The position numbers were made by a program, and so were the translations under genes. From an uncultured bacterium (lineage in GTDB: Bacteria; Desulfobacterota; Binatia; UBA1149; CAITLU01), in assembly GCA_903893315.1 (NCBI GenBank), contig CAITLU010000031.1:14402-78401 (forward strand): a DNA stretch of 64,000 nucleotides, given 5' to 3'. Below the pieces are notes generated by a model that was not told the DNA's origin, ran no database searches, and saw only the letters and a program-made list of their open reading frames with translations. This document shows, one piece after another, positions 37,384-47,011 of this stretch; the stretch's first letter is position 1; each line of letters starts with the position of its first letter.

Positions 37384-39243
37384 ATGATGTCTGCGTTGCG
37401 TAAGATCGTCGCCGGTGTGCTGGGTGGTTTCGTCGGCGGAGCCCTGGTCGGACTCACTGAAGCGGTGGTGATTGCGGTGTGGGGCGGGGCCGAGGAATTC
37501 GGCGTGTTCCTGTTCGGCACCATTTCTTACGGCTTGATCGGTGCTGTGCTCGGGGGCGGAGCGGCGCTTGCCAGCGTCGTGCTTCCGTTTCTTGCCCGTG
37601 ACAGCGTCGCCGCAGCCGGATTTTCCGCCGGCAGCGTCGCCGCTTTACTGGCGCTGGCGGTAACGCGCTTCCGCGTCGTTCGCGACCTCTTCGCCGAGAA
37701 CCTGCCGGTCACTAGCCAGAGCGGCATTGAAGTGCATGGCGGGCTGCTGGTCGGCGCCGTTGTGGTGTTCGTCGTCGCGCGTCGATTGCTGGTGGCATTG
37801 GCTCGTGGTGGCGCCGGTGTGGTATCGTCGGCGGCGGCGGGAATCTTCCTGGTGCTGATCGGTGCCGCTGCGTCGACGGTGCTCAATGCGACGGCGGTTC
37901 CGGTTCCGGCGCCTTCAGCGCCGGCAACCGCCACGGGCCCCAACGCAATCCTGATCATCACAGATACGCTGCGCGCCGATCACGTTGGTGCGTACGGTTC
38001 GATCTCGACCAAGACTCCCGGCATGGATCGCCTGGCCAAGGACGGCGTCGTCTTCGAGAGGGCGTTTTCTCAGTCTTCGTGGACGCGGCCGTCGATCGCG
38101 ACGATCCTGACCTCGTTGTATCCGGCCTCGCACAAGGTCATGTACAAGACCGATCTGTTGCCCGACGGCGTGTCGACCGTCGCCGAAACGATGCGCGATG
38201 CCGGCTACAGGACGGTTGGCTACGTGACCAACATCAACGTCGCGCCTTCCTTCCACTTCGACCAGGGTTTCCAGGAGTACCACTACCTGGCACCCGAGTT
38301 TTTTTTCGGCGCCGGAGATTCGGCGTCCAAGCTCGCGCTCTACAGCGGCATGCGTCTGCTGCGTGAGCGTTTTCTTTCGAAGCAGAAGTTCGTTCAGAAC
38401 TACTATCAGGACGCCCAGACGGTCAACGGTGCGGCGCTCCCGTGGATAGACCGTAGTTCCAAGCAACCGTTCTTTACGCTGATCCACTACATGGATCCGC
38501 ACGATCCGTACTTTGAAATTCCGTACAACGGGGTCGCGGTGGCGCGAGTGGACACGCCCAATCCGGATCCTTCGCAGCGCGATCGACTGGAGAGACTCTA
38601 CGCCAGTAACGTCGAGTACATGGACCGCTTCATCGGCAATCTGGTCGAGGCGCTGAAGGCCGCGGGGGTCTACGACAACACCATGATCGTGCTGGTCGCG
38701 GATCACGGCGAAGAGTTCTACGAACACAAAGGGTGGTGGCACGGCACGACGCTGTATGACGAAGAAACGCACGTGCCTTTCCTGGTCAAGCTGCCTAAGA
38801 ACGCCAAGGCAGGAACGCGGGTCAAATCGACGGTGCAGCTTCTCGACGTAGCGCCGACCATCGTCGCGGCCTGCGGCGTTCCTACGCCCCAATGTTTCCA
38901 GGGACGCGACCTGTTCTCGGATGCGAAGGCGCCGGTCGCCTTCTACGCGCAGGAAGACCACGAGGGCAACGTGCTCGAGTCGGTGAGGTCTGATCGTTGG
39001 AAGATGATCCTGGCCAACGAAGGAAATCCGCGTGGGTTGGCGCCGCTCGAACTCTACGACATGCAGGCCGACCCCGGCGAGAGCAGGAACCTCGCGGGCG
39101 AACAGCCCGAAGTGGTCGCGCGTCTCAAGGACGACCTCGAACACCTGCGTACGTTTGCCAAGTCGGGAGCGGTGACGGGGCAGAGCGGCGCACTCGACAA
39201 CGCTTCCAAAGAGAGACTGCGGGCGCTCGGCTACGTGAACTGA
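37384..39243 (+). CDS. Membrane-anchored sulfatase-like hydrolase/transferase (Thr nucleophile)
   Basis: About 5 N-terminal TM; IITDTLRADH, SSWTRPS, HYMDPHDPY, ADHGEEF.EH...HG and C-terminal LRALGY motifs. Confidence 0.9.
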   Translation: MMSALRKIVAGVLGGFVGGALVGLTEAVVIAVWGGAEEFGVFLFGTISYGLIGAVLGGGAALASVVLPFLARDSVAAAGFSAGSVAALLALAVTRFRVVRDLFAENLPVTSQSGIEVHGGLLVGAVVVFVVARRLLVALARGGAGVVSSAAAGIFLVLIGAAASTVLNATAVPVPAPSAPATATGPNAILIITDTLRADHVGAYGSISTKTPGMDRLAKDGVVFERAFSQSSWTRPSIATILTSLYPASHKVMYKTDLLPDGVSTVAETMRDAGYRTVGYVTNINVAPSFHFDQGFQEYHYLAPEFFFGAGDSASKLALYSGMRLLRERFLSKQKFVQNYYQDAQTVNGAALPWIDRSSKQPFFTLIHYMDPHDPYFEIPYNGVAVARVDTPNPDPSQRDRLERLYASNVEYMDRFIGNLVEALKAAGVYDNTMIVLVADHGEEFYEHKGWWHGTTLYDEETHVPFLVKLPKNAKAGTRVKSTVQLLDVAPTIVAACGVPTPQCFQGRDLFSDAKAPVAFYAQEDHEGNVLESVRSDRWKMILANEGNPRGLAPLELYDMQADPGESRNLAGEQPEVVARLKDDLEHLRTFAKSGAVTGQSGALDNASKERLRALGYVN

Positions 39244-39245
39244 CA

Positions 39246-41000
39246 ATGTTGCTCGTCGTCGCCTGGGACGGCGCCTGCTTCGAAGTGGTAGACGACTTCG
39301 TGGCAGCTGGCGACATGCCAGCGCTCGCGGCGTTGCTGGAGCGTGGGCGTGCCTGGCGCGTGCGTTCGACGGTTCCGCCGGTCACTTTCCCGGCCTGGAC
39401 TTCTTTCATGACGGGAACCGGCCCCGCCCGGCACGGCATCACGGATTTCGCCGTGCGCGACCCGGGCGCCTATCGGGTTCGCTTCGTGAACTCGACTTAC
39501 CGCCGTCAGCCGACGATCTGGTCACTGCTGGCTGCGGCCGGCAAACGGGTCGGTGTCTACGCGATGCCGGCCACCTATCCGGCCGAGAAGAGTTGCGCGC
39601 TGCAAGTATGTGGCTTCGATACGCCGCTCGGGGCCAGCGGCGCGGAAGGATTCTGTCATCCGCGCACTTTGGGCGACCAACTCATGAAGCGCTACGGGTC
39701 ACTGGCGATAGAGGGCGTGCCTCAGGGCCGCATCGAGGAAGGCTGGCACAGACAGGCTGCCTCGCGGTTGCTTGCCACGATCGCGCTGCGCACGACCATC
39801 GTCTGCGATCTTTTGAGCGAGCAGAGTTTTGACGTGTTCGCGGTGCATTACATGGAGTCCGATACCGTCGCGCACCACTTCTGGCAGTTCGACGATGACG
39901 CTTCGCCGCGCACGCGGCAGGGGCCGCGCAGTACGATTCGCGAGGTCTACCGGGCACTGGACCGCGCTCTGGCGCGCCTGGTGGCGGTGGCCGGTGACGA
40001 TGCGGACGTGGTGTTGGTTTCCGATCACGGCAGCGGCGGATGTTCTGATCGTGCGATCTTCTGGAACCGCTGGCTGGCCGACGGCGGCTGGTTGCGTTTC
40101 ACTTCCGGCGGCGGTGGTGCGGGAGCGAGGGCTCTTCGCCGCGCTGCTCTGAAGTTGGTGCCGGCGCCGCTGCAGGCGCGCCTGTTCGGCCGCTTCGCGG
40201 GTGCGGCTTCGCGTCTGGAGTCGAGAGCCCGTTTCGCCGGCATCGATTGGGTGAACACCAGCGCGTTCAGCGACGAATTGCCTTACTACCCGTCGCTGTG
40301 GCTCAACCTAAAAGGACGCGAGCCGGGCGGCATCATCGAGCGCGGCGATGTCGATTCGGTGCTGCGCGACCTCGCGGCCGCCGCGATGGAATTCAGGGAT
40401 CCCTTCGACGGTGGTCGGGTGGTGAGCGCGGTGCGGCGGCGTGAGGAACTCTTTGACGGTCCGTTCGCGGCGCTGGCCCCGGATCTGATCTTCGAACTGA
40501 GGCAACCGGACGGTTATTCGTACTGTGCAGGCTCCAGTCTCGGCGGCGCCGAGGCGAGCGCAATGCGGCGCCTGTCCGCTTACGAAATGCGCGGCGCCAA
40601 GGGCGGCAGCACGAGCGGTTCGCATCGTGATTTCGGTCTGATGGTGGTTGCCGGCACTAGGGTCGGTTCGAGCGATGCGGTGACAGCGGAGCCGCTGCGG
40701 GCCTGCTGCACGATGGCCGATGCCGGCGTCACTGCGCTGGCTCTGGGCGGAGTGGCAGCAACGCCCGCAATGGAAGGGTGTTCGGTCGTCGATTGTGAAG
40801 TTCGAAGCGCTTTGGCCGCTGGTGGCCAGACATTCGTGTCGGAGAGCGGCGATGAAGTGAGCGCGATGCCGGAGCCGTCCGATCCGACTCTTGCGCGAGC
40901 GGAGCAGAGCATCGACTATTACGGCTCGCCCCACGCCTACGACGCCGCTGAGGAAGCCGAAGTGATCGAGCGTCTTCGATCGCTCGGGTACTTGCCGTGA
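39246..41000 (+). CDS. Alkaline phosphatase superfamily (phosphodiesterase-like) protein, no obvious signal peptide
   Basis: AWDGA, STVPPVTFPAWTSFMTG..P..HGI.DF, VSDHG, SGSH and C-terminal LRSLGY motifs. Confidence 0.88.
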   Translation: MLLVVAWDGACFEVVDDFVAAGDMPALAALLERGRAWRVRSTVPPVTFPAWTSFMTGTGPARHGITDFAVRDPGAYRVRFVNSTYRRQPTIWSLLAAAGKRVGVYAMPATYPAEKSCALQVCGFDTPLGASGAEGFCHPRTLGDQLMKRYGSLAIEGVPQGRIEEGWHRQAASRLLATIALRTTIVCDLLSEQSFDVFAVHYMESDTVAHHFWQFDDDASPRTRQGPRSTIREVYRALDRALARLVAVAGDDADVVLVSDHGSGGCSDRAIFWNRWLADGGWLRFTSGGGGAGARALRRAALKLVPAPLQARLFGRFAGAASRLESRARFAGIDWVNTSAFSDELPYYPSLWLNLKGREPGGIIERGDVDSVLRDLAAAAMEFRDPFDGGRVVSAVRRREELFDGPFAALAPDLIFELRQPDGYSYCAGSSLGGAEASAMRRLSAYEMRGAKGGSTSGSHRDFGLMVVAGTRVGSSDAVTAEPLRACCTMADAGVTALALGGVAATPAMEGCSVVDCEVRSALAAGGQTFVSESGDEVSAMPEPSDPTLARAEQSIDYYGSPHAYDAAEEAEVIERLRSLGYLP

Positions 41001-42259
41001 CGCGCGCTTTTCGCATTGCGTTGGTGGCGGCGTGCCCGTTTCCGTCAGCTCAGGGATCGCAGGTATTCGTCGGGCAGATGGCCGAACGTCTGGCCGCCGC
41101 GGGCCATCACGTCCACCTTCTCACCTACGGTCAGGGGCACGATGTTTACGGCAAGGGCTATCGCCATCATCGCACTCGGCGGCTTCCGGGCGACGACGTC
41201 GAACGGTCAGGACCGACGGTGCTGAAACCGGTTCTCGACCTGTTGCTGGTGCGCGAGTTGGTGGGCCTTTGCCGTCGCGAGCGCATCGAGATCGTGCACG
41301 CCCACAACTACGAGGCCGCGGCGGCCGCGATCGCGGCGCGCGCTGTGACCGGAGTGCCGGTGGTTTATCACAGCCACAATCTCATGGGCGACGAACTCGA
41401 GACCTACTTTGAGGGACGCCTCGCCAGACGGCTGGCCGGACTGGCGGGCGCGGCGCTTGATCGCACTGTTCCGCGCCGCGCCGATCGCATCATCGCGCTT
41501 TGCAGTTACAGCGCCGGGCACCTTCTGCGCGCCGGGTGTGAGCCCGAGCATCTGCGCGTTATTCCGCCCGCGGTCGACGACGATGGGCCGGCGCTCGCCG
41601 ATGTCTGCGCGCGCCGGTCGCTCGCCCTGGAGCCGGACGATTTCGTGGTCGGTTACTGTGGAAACCTCGACGCCTACCAGAACCTGGAACTTCTGGTGGA
41701 GGCCTTCGTGATCGCAGCGGGTGGCCAGGTGACATCGACGCCGTCGCCGAGGCTTCGACTCCTGCTGGCATCGCACCGGCTGACCGCTGCCTTCAATGCG
41801 CGACTGGCTGCGATGGCAGGGGCGCTGCCTTTGGGACTGGTCAGGATTGTCGAGGTGAACGGTCATGCCGAGGCGCGGGGCGTAATCGCGGCCAGCGACC
41901 TGCTGGCGCTACCGCGAAGAATGGGTTCCGGCTATCCTGTCAAACTTCTGAATTCGATGAGCGCGGCCAAAGCGATAGTGACGGCCGGCTGCGGTTCGAA
42001 GGTACTGAGTGACGGAATTGATGGGATCGTCGTGCGTGACGACGATCCCGGGGCGATGGCGGCGGCCATGACGTCCTGCGCGGCGAGGTTAGACAGGGGC
42101 AGGAGTCTCGGTGCGGCTGCTCGGCAGAGGTTTCTGGAGACGGCGACCTGGGAAGTCGTCCTGCCGCAGATCGAGGAAGTGTATCGCGGTCTTGCAGGAT
42201 TCGAGCGGCTCTCGGCAAACGGCAGGGCCCGTGGGCAGGTCAGGCCGCGCACTTCGTGA
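40997..42259 (+). CDS. GT4 glycosyltransferase
   Basis: ACPFP..QGS, VHAHNYE, YCGNLDAYQ and GYPVKLLNSM motifs. Confidence 0.88.
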   Translation: MTRAFRIALVAACPFPSAQGSQVFVGQMAERLAAAGHHVHLLTYGQGHDVYGKGYRHHRTRRLPGDDVERSGPTVLKPVLDLLLVRELVGLCRRERIEIVHAHNYEAAAAAIAARAVTGVPVVYHSHNLMGDELETYFEGRLARRLAGLAGAALDRTVPRRADRIIALCSYSAGHLLRAGCEPEHLRVIPPAVDDDGPALADVCARRSLALEPDDFVVGYCGNLDAYQNLELLVEAFVIAAGGQVTSTPSPRLRLLLASHRLTAAFNARLAAMAGALPLGLVRIVEVNGHAEARGVIAASDLLALPRRMGSGYPVKLLNSMSAAKAIVTAGCGSKVLSDGIDGIVVRDDDPGAMAAAMTSCAARLDRGRSLGAAARQRFLETATWEVVLPQIEEVYRGLAGFERLSANGRARGQVRPRTS

Positions 42260-42333
42260 ACTGCAGGGCAACGCATGAAGAGTCGGGTGTCAGAGGAGCG
42301 TGAAACGATAATGCAGCAGCCGGGAGAACGCAG

Positions 42334-43311
42334 GTGAGCGAGGCGGGTGTGCGGCCGCGGGTGTCCGTCGTGATCCCGATTTTCAACGAAGAGGAGACGT
42401 TGGAGACGTTGTACCGACGTCTTCACGATGTTCTCGAAGGGATCGGCGAGCCCTACGAGGTGATCTTCATCAACGACGGCAGCCGTGACGGATCGGAGCG
42501 TCTCCTTCGGGAGTTTCACCGCCGCACTCCGGCGTTCAAGGTGGTGAATTTTTCGCGCAATTTCGGCCACCAGGTTGCGGTGACCTGCGGACTCGACCAT
42601 GCGAGCGGTGACGCCATCATTGCGATGGACGGCGATCTGCAGGATCCCCCCGAGGTGCTTCCCGGCCTTCTTGCGCGTTGGCGCGAGGGCTACGAAGTCG
42701 TCTATGCGGTGCGACAGGCACGCAAGGAAAACGTATTCAAGCGCGCCGCCTACAAGGCTTTCTACTGGATCCTGCACCGGGTCTCGTATCTCGACATCCC
42801 TTTGGACTCGGGCGATTTCTCGCTCATCGACCGGCGCGTCGTCGAGGTGCTGCGTGCGATGCCGGAGCGCAACCGCTTCGTGCGCGGTCTTCGTACGTGG
42901 GCGGGTTTTCGCCAGATCGGCTACGAGTACGCTCGCGAGGCCCGCTTCGCCGGCGAGTCCAAATACAGTCTAGGCAAACTCTTGAAGCTCGCTTTCGACG
43001 GGCTGGTTTCCTACTCATATGTGCCGCTGCGGCTGGTCAGCAACGTCGGAATGCTCGTCTCGGTCAGCGCTCTGATCTACATGGGTTACCTCCTGATGGC
43101 GCGCCTGTTCGGTAATGTCGAGATCCGCGGCTGGACGTCGACAGTGGTGATCCAGCTCTTTCTCGGAGGGGTGCAACTGCTGTCACTCGGCGTCATAGGC
43201 GAGTACATCGGGCGTATCTTCGAAGAAGTGAAGCAGCGACCTCATTATGTCGTGCGCGATCGCGTCGGCTTCGTCGTGGACGACGCCGTGGGTCGCGGCG
43301 AATCGCGCTGA
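42334..43311 (+). CDS. GT2 polyprenol-phosphate glycosyltransferase (GtrB/ArnC-like)
   Basis: INDGSRD, SRNFGHQ, MDGDLQDPP, ERNRFVRG motifs; two C-terminal TM; GEYIGRIFEEVKQRP. Confidence 0.93.
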   Translation: MSEAGVRPRVSVVIPIFNEEETLETLYRRLHDVLEGIGEPYEVIFINDGSRDGSERLLREFHRRTPAFKVVNFSRNFGHQVAVTCGLDHASGDAIIAMDGDLQDPPEVLPGLLARWREGYEVVYAVRQARKENVFKRAAYKAFYWILHRVSYLDIPLDSGDFSLIDRRVVEVLRAMPERNRFVRGLRTWAGFRQIGYEYAREARFAGESKYSLGKLLKLAFDGLVSYSYVPLRLVSNVGMLVSVSALIYMGYLLMARLFGNVEIRGWTSTVVIQLFLGGVQLLSLGVIGEYIGRIFEEVKQRPHYVVRDRVGFVVDDAVGRGESR

Positions 43312-43331
43312 CGGGCAAGAGAATCGAAGCG

Positions 43332-45374
43332 ATGAAACGCCGTATTCTCGATCTGGCCGTCGCGGCCGTAATTCTCGGTGTGGTGCAGGCGCTGGCCGAA
43401 ACTGCGGTGGCGGCAGTTTTCTATCGCGACTTCCTAGTGGCTCCTTACCGGTTTTTCACGGTGCAGAGCTATGACGCTTTCACCAAGCTGTGGTTCCTGA
43501 TGGGCGACGCGGCACCGTTGCCGTCGCTGCTTTCTCACTTTCTCGGTCAAGGCGCGGTGGCCAAGATCGCGCTCGCGCCGCAGTTGGTCGCGATCAACAT
43601 TGCCGTGGCGGTCGGCCTTGCGCTGCTGCTTGCTCCGGTCGCCGGAATGCTCGGAGTCGGTAATTCTCCCGGCTGTGATGTGCGAGCGCAGGGAGACGTT
43701 CGCAGTCTGGTTCGTGCGCTGAGCGTGATCGGCGTTCTTGCCGTGGCCGTTCACGCGGTGGTTTTCGTGGTTTCGTTCCAGGCGCCGGAAGATGTCGGTA
43801 CGGTCAAAGTGGCCAAGGCCTTGCTGCGAAGCGCGATGCAGGACGGCGCCTTGAGCGCGCTGGCTGTACTTGCGTTTTCGCTGGCGCTCTCGCGTCTGGT
43901 GCTGGCCAGACAGGGGTTTCGCGGCGCGGTGCTCGCGGCCGCGGTGGTGGTCGGTTCCTGGCCGCTGCTGGCGGGGCTCCTTGCGTCGGCCGGTGCGCTG
44001 GCAGCTACGGGTCGGCCGACGGCAACTGGCGCGGTATCGACGTCGGTGCCCGGCGCGCCCGCCAAGGGTTACAACGTCGTGGTCGTTTCCATCGACAGCC
44101 TGCGTGCCGATCACGTCGGCGCCTACGGTTACGGGCGTGCCACTTCGCCGACCATCGACGCGTTGGCCGCTCAGGGCGTGCGCTTCGGGAACTGCCAGAG
44201 CACCACGTCGTGGACCTTGCCTGCGCACATGTCGCTGCTGACCGGCCGTTCTCTGCTCGGTCACGGAGTGGTGGCGGACGACCGCCGTCTGAGCGACAGC
44301 GTGCCGACCCTGGCGGAGGCTTTCGCGGGCGCTGGTTATGCCACGCACGCGATCGTGTCGGCGCCTTATCTCAACTCCCGCTACGGCTTCGCTCGCGGCT
44401 TCGACGACTACGACGACAAGACCGTTTATTTCGAGACCAACGAAGATTCCTACCACAGTGTCACGGCTCCGAAGGTGCAGGCGGCCGCTTCGACCTGGCT
44501 CGAAGCTCACCGCCAGGCGCCGTTTTTTCTCTTCCTGCACTATTGGGACGTGCACTACGATTACGCACCCGGCCCGGGCTACGACACGATGTTCGACCCG
44601 GACTACAAAGGCACGGTCACTGGCGACAACTACTACTTCGACCAGAAGATTCGCGCCGGGATGAACGCGCGTGACCTCGAGCACCTGGTCGCGCTCTACG
44701 ACGGCGAGATCCGGCTCGTCGATGATCATCTCGCCATGCTGCGCGCCGAACTCGAGAAGATAGGCGTTGCCGACCGCACCATCATCGTAGTGGTCGGTGA
44801 TCACGGCGACGAGTTTTTCGAGCACGGCAACAAGGGGCACCACCGTACTCTCTACCAGGAAGTGCTGTGGGTACCGCTGGTCGTGCAGGTGCCGGGACTG
44901 AGGCCGATATCTTCAGTAGTGGACGAAGAGACCAGCATCATCGACGTTGCCCCGACAGTGCTGTCGCTGACCGGTATCGGAATTCCAAGCGGCGTCGAAG
45001 GCCGTGATCAGTCCGTCGCCTTCGTCGGTCCGCTCGCGCGCGAGGGGAGTGACGAAGGACGTAGCGTTTTCGCGGAGCTCTACCGCAAGGGAACCCTGAA
45101 CATCCAGGTCGCCGAGATCGAAGGCCGGCGCAAGGTGATCCAGCATTTCAACACGCGGCAACTTTCGGTGTTCGATCTGGCCGCCGATCCAGGAGAACGC
45201 AGCAGCCTTGCTGCACGCGGTGCGGTGGCTGAGCCGATGGTGGCCTCGCTGCGTGATTGGCTGGAGGGGCGCTGGAGCATGTTCGACCGCCGCGTTCGTA
45301 GCGAAGGCGTCAGGGCGGTAGTGCTCGACGCGAAGACCGCGGAGACTCTCAGGTCTCTGGGCTACCTGCAGTAA
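43332..45374 (+). CDS. Membrane-anchored sulfatase-like hydrolase/transferase (Thr nucleophile)
   Basis: About 5 TM; SIDSLRADH, TSWTLPAHMSLLTG, HYWDVHYDY, GDHGDEF.EHG..GH and C-terminal LRSLGY motifs. Confidence 0.9.
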   Translation: MKRRILDLAVAAVILGVVQALAETAVAAVFYRDFLVAPYRFFTVQSYDAFTKLWFLMGDAAPLPSLLSHFLGQGAVAKIALAPQLVAINIAVAVGLALLLAPVAGMLGVGNSPGCDVRAQGDVRSLVRALSVIGVLAVAVHAVVFVVSFQAPEDVGTVKVAKALLRSAMQDGALSALAVLAFSLALSRLVLARQGFRGAVLAAAVVVGSWPLLAGLLASAGALAATGRPTATGAVSTSVPGAPAKGYNVVVVSIDSLRADHVGAYGYGRATSPTIDALAAQGVRFGNCQSTTSWTLPAHMSLLTGRSLLGHGVVADDRRLSDSVPTLAEAFAGAGYATHAIVSAPYLNSRYGFARGFDDYDDKTVYFETNEDSYHSVTAPKVQAAASTWLEAHRQAPFFLFLHYWDVHYDYAPGPGYDTMFDPDYKGTVTGDNYYFDQKIRAGMNARDLEHLVALYDGEIRLVDDHLAMLRAELEKIGVADRTIIVVVGDHGDEFFEHGNKGHHRTLYQEVLWVPLVVQVPGLRPISSVVDEETSIIDVAPTVLSLTGIGIPSGVEGRDQSVAFVGPLAREGSDEGRSVFAELYRKGTLNIQVAEIEGRRKVIQHFNTRQLSVFDLAADPGERSSLAARGAVAEPMVASLRDWLEGRWSMFDRRVRSEGVRAVVLDAKTAETLRSLGYLQ

Positions 45375-45379
45375 CCATC

Positions 45380-47008
45380 GTGAGCCGTCGTTTCTTCTTC
45401 GGGTTGGTCGCGATCGGATTGGGCTGGCGTCTTTGGATGCTTACCCATTACGGACTGGTAAGTGGAGGCGAAGTCGACGTCTATCTGGCCGACGAAGGTG
45501 TGGTAGGCCTGATGGGCAAACACATCGCGGCCGGAAATGAACTGCCGGTATTCTTTTACGGACAGTCCTACCTGGGCGCTCTCGAAGCTTACTGCGCGGC
45601 CGTTTCGTTCGCGGTGTTCGGGGCCGGTTTCTTCGCGCTGCGGCTGGTGACGTTTTGTTTCTCGATCGCCATCGGGGTTCTGCTGTACCGCTTTGCCAAC
45701 CGTTTCTATTCGGTGGCCGTCGCGCGCTGGGCTACGGCGCTGGTGGCGGTGGCGCCGATGTATTTCCTGCAGTGGAACCTCAAGGCCCGCGGCGGCTTCG
45801 TCGAACACGTGGTGCTGGTACTCGCGGTGATGTCGCTGTTCTGGCGCTTTTATCTCTACCACCAGCGCGACCGGACGACCGCTTTCTTGCTCGGTCTGGT
45901 TTCGGGTGTCGCGCTGTGGGTCAATCAACTTGTCGGCGCGTATCTGGCGGCTATGGCGTTTTTGGTGTTGCTGCGTAGGGAAGATCGACGCGGCTGGGGC
46001 GCGGCGGTGGCCGGTCTCGTACTCGGCTCGTGTCTGCTGCTTGGCTACAACGTCGTTCACCCGCTCGCTACGGTTAGAAGTCTGGCGCGCAAGGCTTTGG
46101 TGATGAATCGCGTCAAGGTCGAGGAACGCGACGAGAACTGGGCGGTCAGGGGTTTCGAGGCTCGCATCGCGGCGCTCGGTGACGGACTCGACAAACTCGG
46201 CGTGGTCTTCGGAATACCGCCGGGGGACGATGTCGAGCGACTGGGAATGAGCGAGGACTCGCGCACCGGTGGTCCGGCGGCGCGAGCCCGACGCCTGCTG
46301 TTCTTCATTCCGCTGGGAGTCTTTGGTGCCGGGCTGTGGGCCTCGCGTCCGCGCCGGGGCCGCGCCGGTTGGGACGTCATAGGTTCGGATCAACTGCTCG
46401 GACTTTTCGCGCTGATAACCTTCGTGGTCGGTTACGTCAGCCCTCGCTACATGCTGCCGGCGTACCCCTTGGCAGCGCTCATGGCCGGAGTCCTGGCGGC
46501 ACGGGCCGGCGGCGCGGCAGGCCGCCTTCTCCAAGCCGGGATCGTGGCCGTCCTGTTTTTCAACGTCGCCGGTTGGGTGGACGCCGCGTCACTGCCCGCG
46601 GCAGCCGACGAAGACCGCGGCCGCCAGCTGATCGGCTTCCTGGAAGGCAAGGGCATCGGCGCCTGCTACAGCGCTTCACCGCTCTATCACCTGGCTTTCG
46701 CCAGCTCGGAGCGGGTGGTATTTGCGCCGTTGCAAAAGGACCGCTACCCGCCATACGACGCTGCCGTGGAGACCGCAGATTCGATCTGCTACGTGTTCCG
46801 CGACGATCAGACGACCAAGCGCCAACACCTCGCTCTGCTCGCTCTGCTTGAGAGCCGCCAGGTGCGCTACACGGTAGAGCAGGTCGGGCCTTATCGCGTG
46901 ATGTATGGATTTGAACCACGGCGCGCGATCCACGCAGCCGACGTCGATGCTTTGCGCGGCGCGCAGGCTATGGATGACGAGCCGGATGTGTCTTTGGAAA
47001 AGGAGTAG
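45380..47008 (+). CDS. GT-C fold membrane glycosyltransferase (ArnT/PMT-like)
   Basis: ADEGVVGLM acidic first-loop motif, PVFFYGQSYLG and PRYMLP motifs; polytopic. Confidence 0.8.
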   Translation: MSRRFFFGLVAIGLGWRLWMLTHYGLVSGGEVDVYLADEGVVGLMGKHIAAGNELPVFFYGQSYLGALEAYCAAVSFAVFGAGFFALRLVTFCFSIAIGVLLYRFANRFYSVAVARWATALVAVAPMYFLQWNLKARGGFVEHVVLVLAVMSLFWRFYLYHQRDRTTAFLLGLVSGVALWVNQLVGAYLAAMAFLVLLRREDRRGWGAAVAGLVLGSCLLLGYNVVHPLATVRSLARKALVMNRVKVEERDENWAVRGFEARIAALGDGLDKLGVVFGIPPGDDVERLGMSEDSRTGGPAARARRLLFFIPLGVFGAGLWASRPRRGRAGWDVIGSDQLLGLFALITFVVGYVSPRYMLPAYPLAALMAGVLAARAGGAAGRLLQAGIVAVLFFNVAGWVDAASLPAAADEDRGRQLIGFLEGKGIGACYSASPLYHLAFASSERVVFAPLQKDRYPPYDAAVETADSICYVFRDDQTTKRQHLALLALLESRQVRYTVEQVGPYRVMYGFEPRRAIHAADVDALRGAQAMDDEPDVSLEKE

Positions 47009-47011
47009 AGA

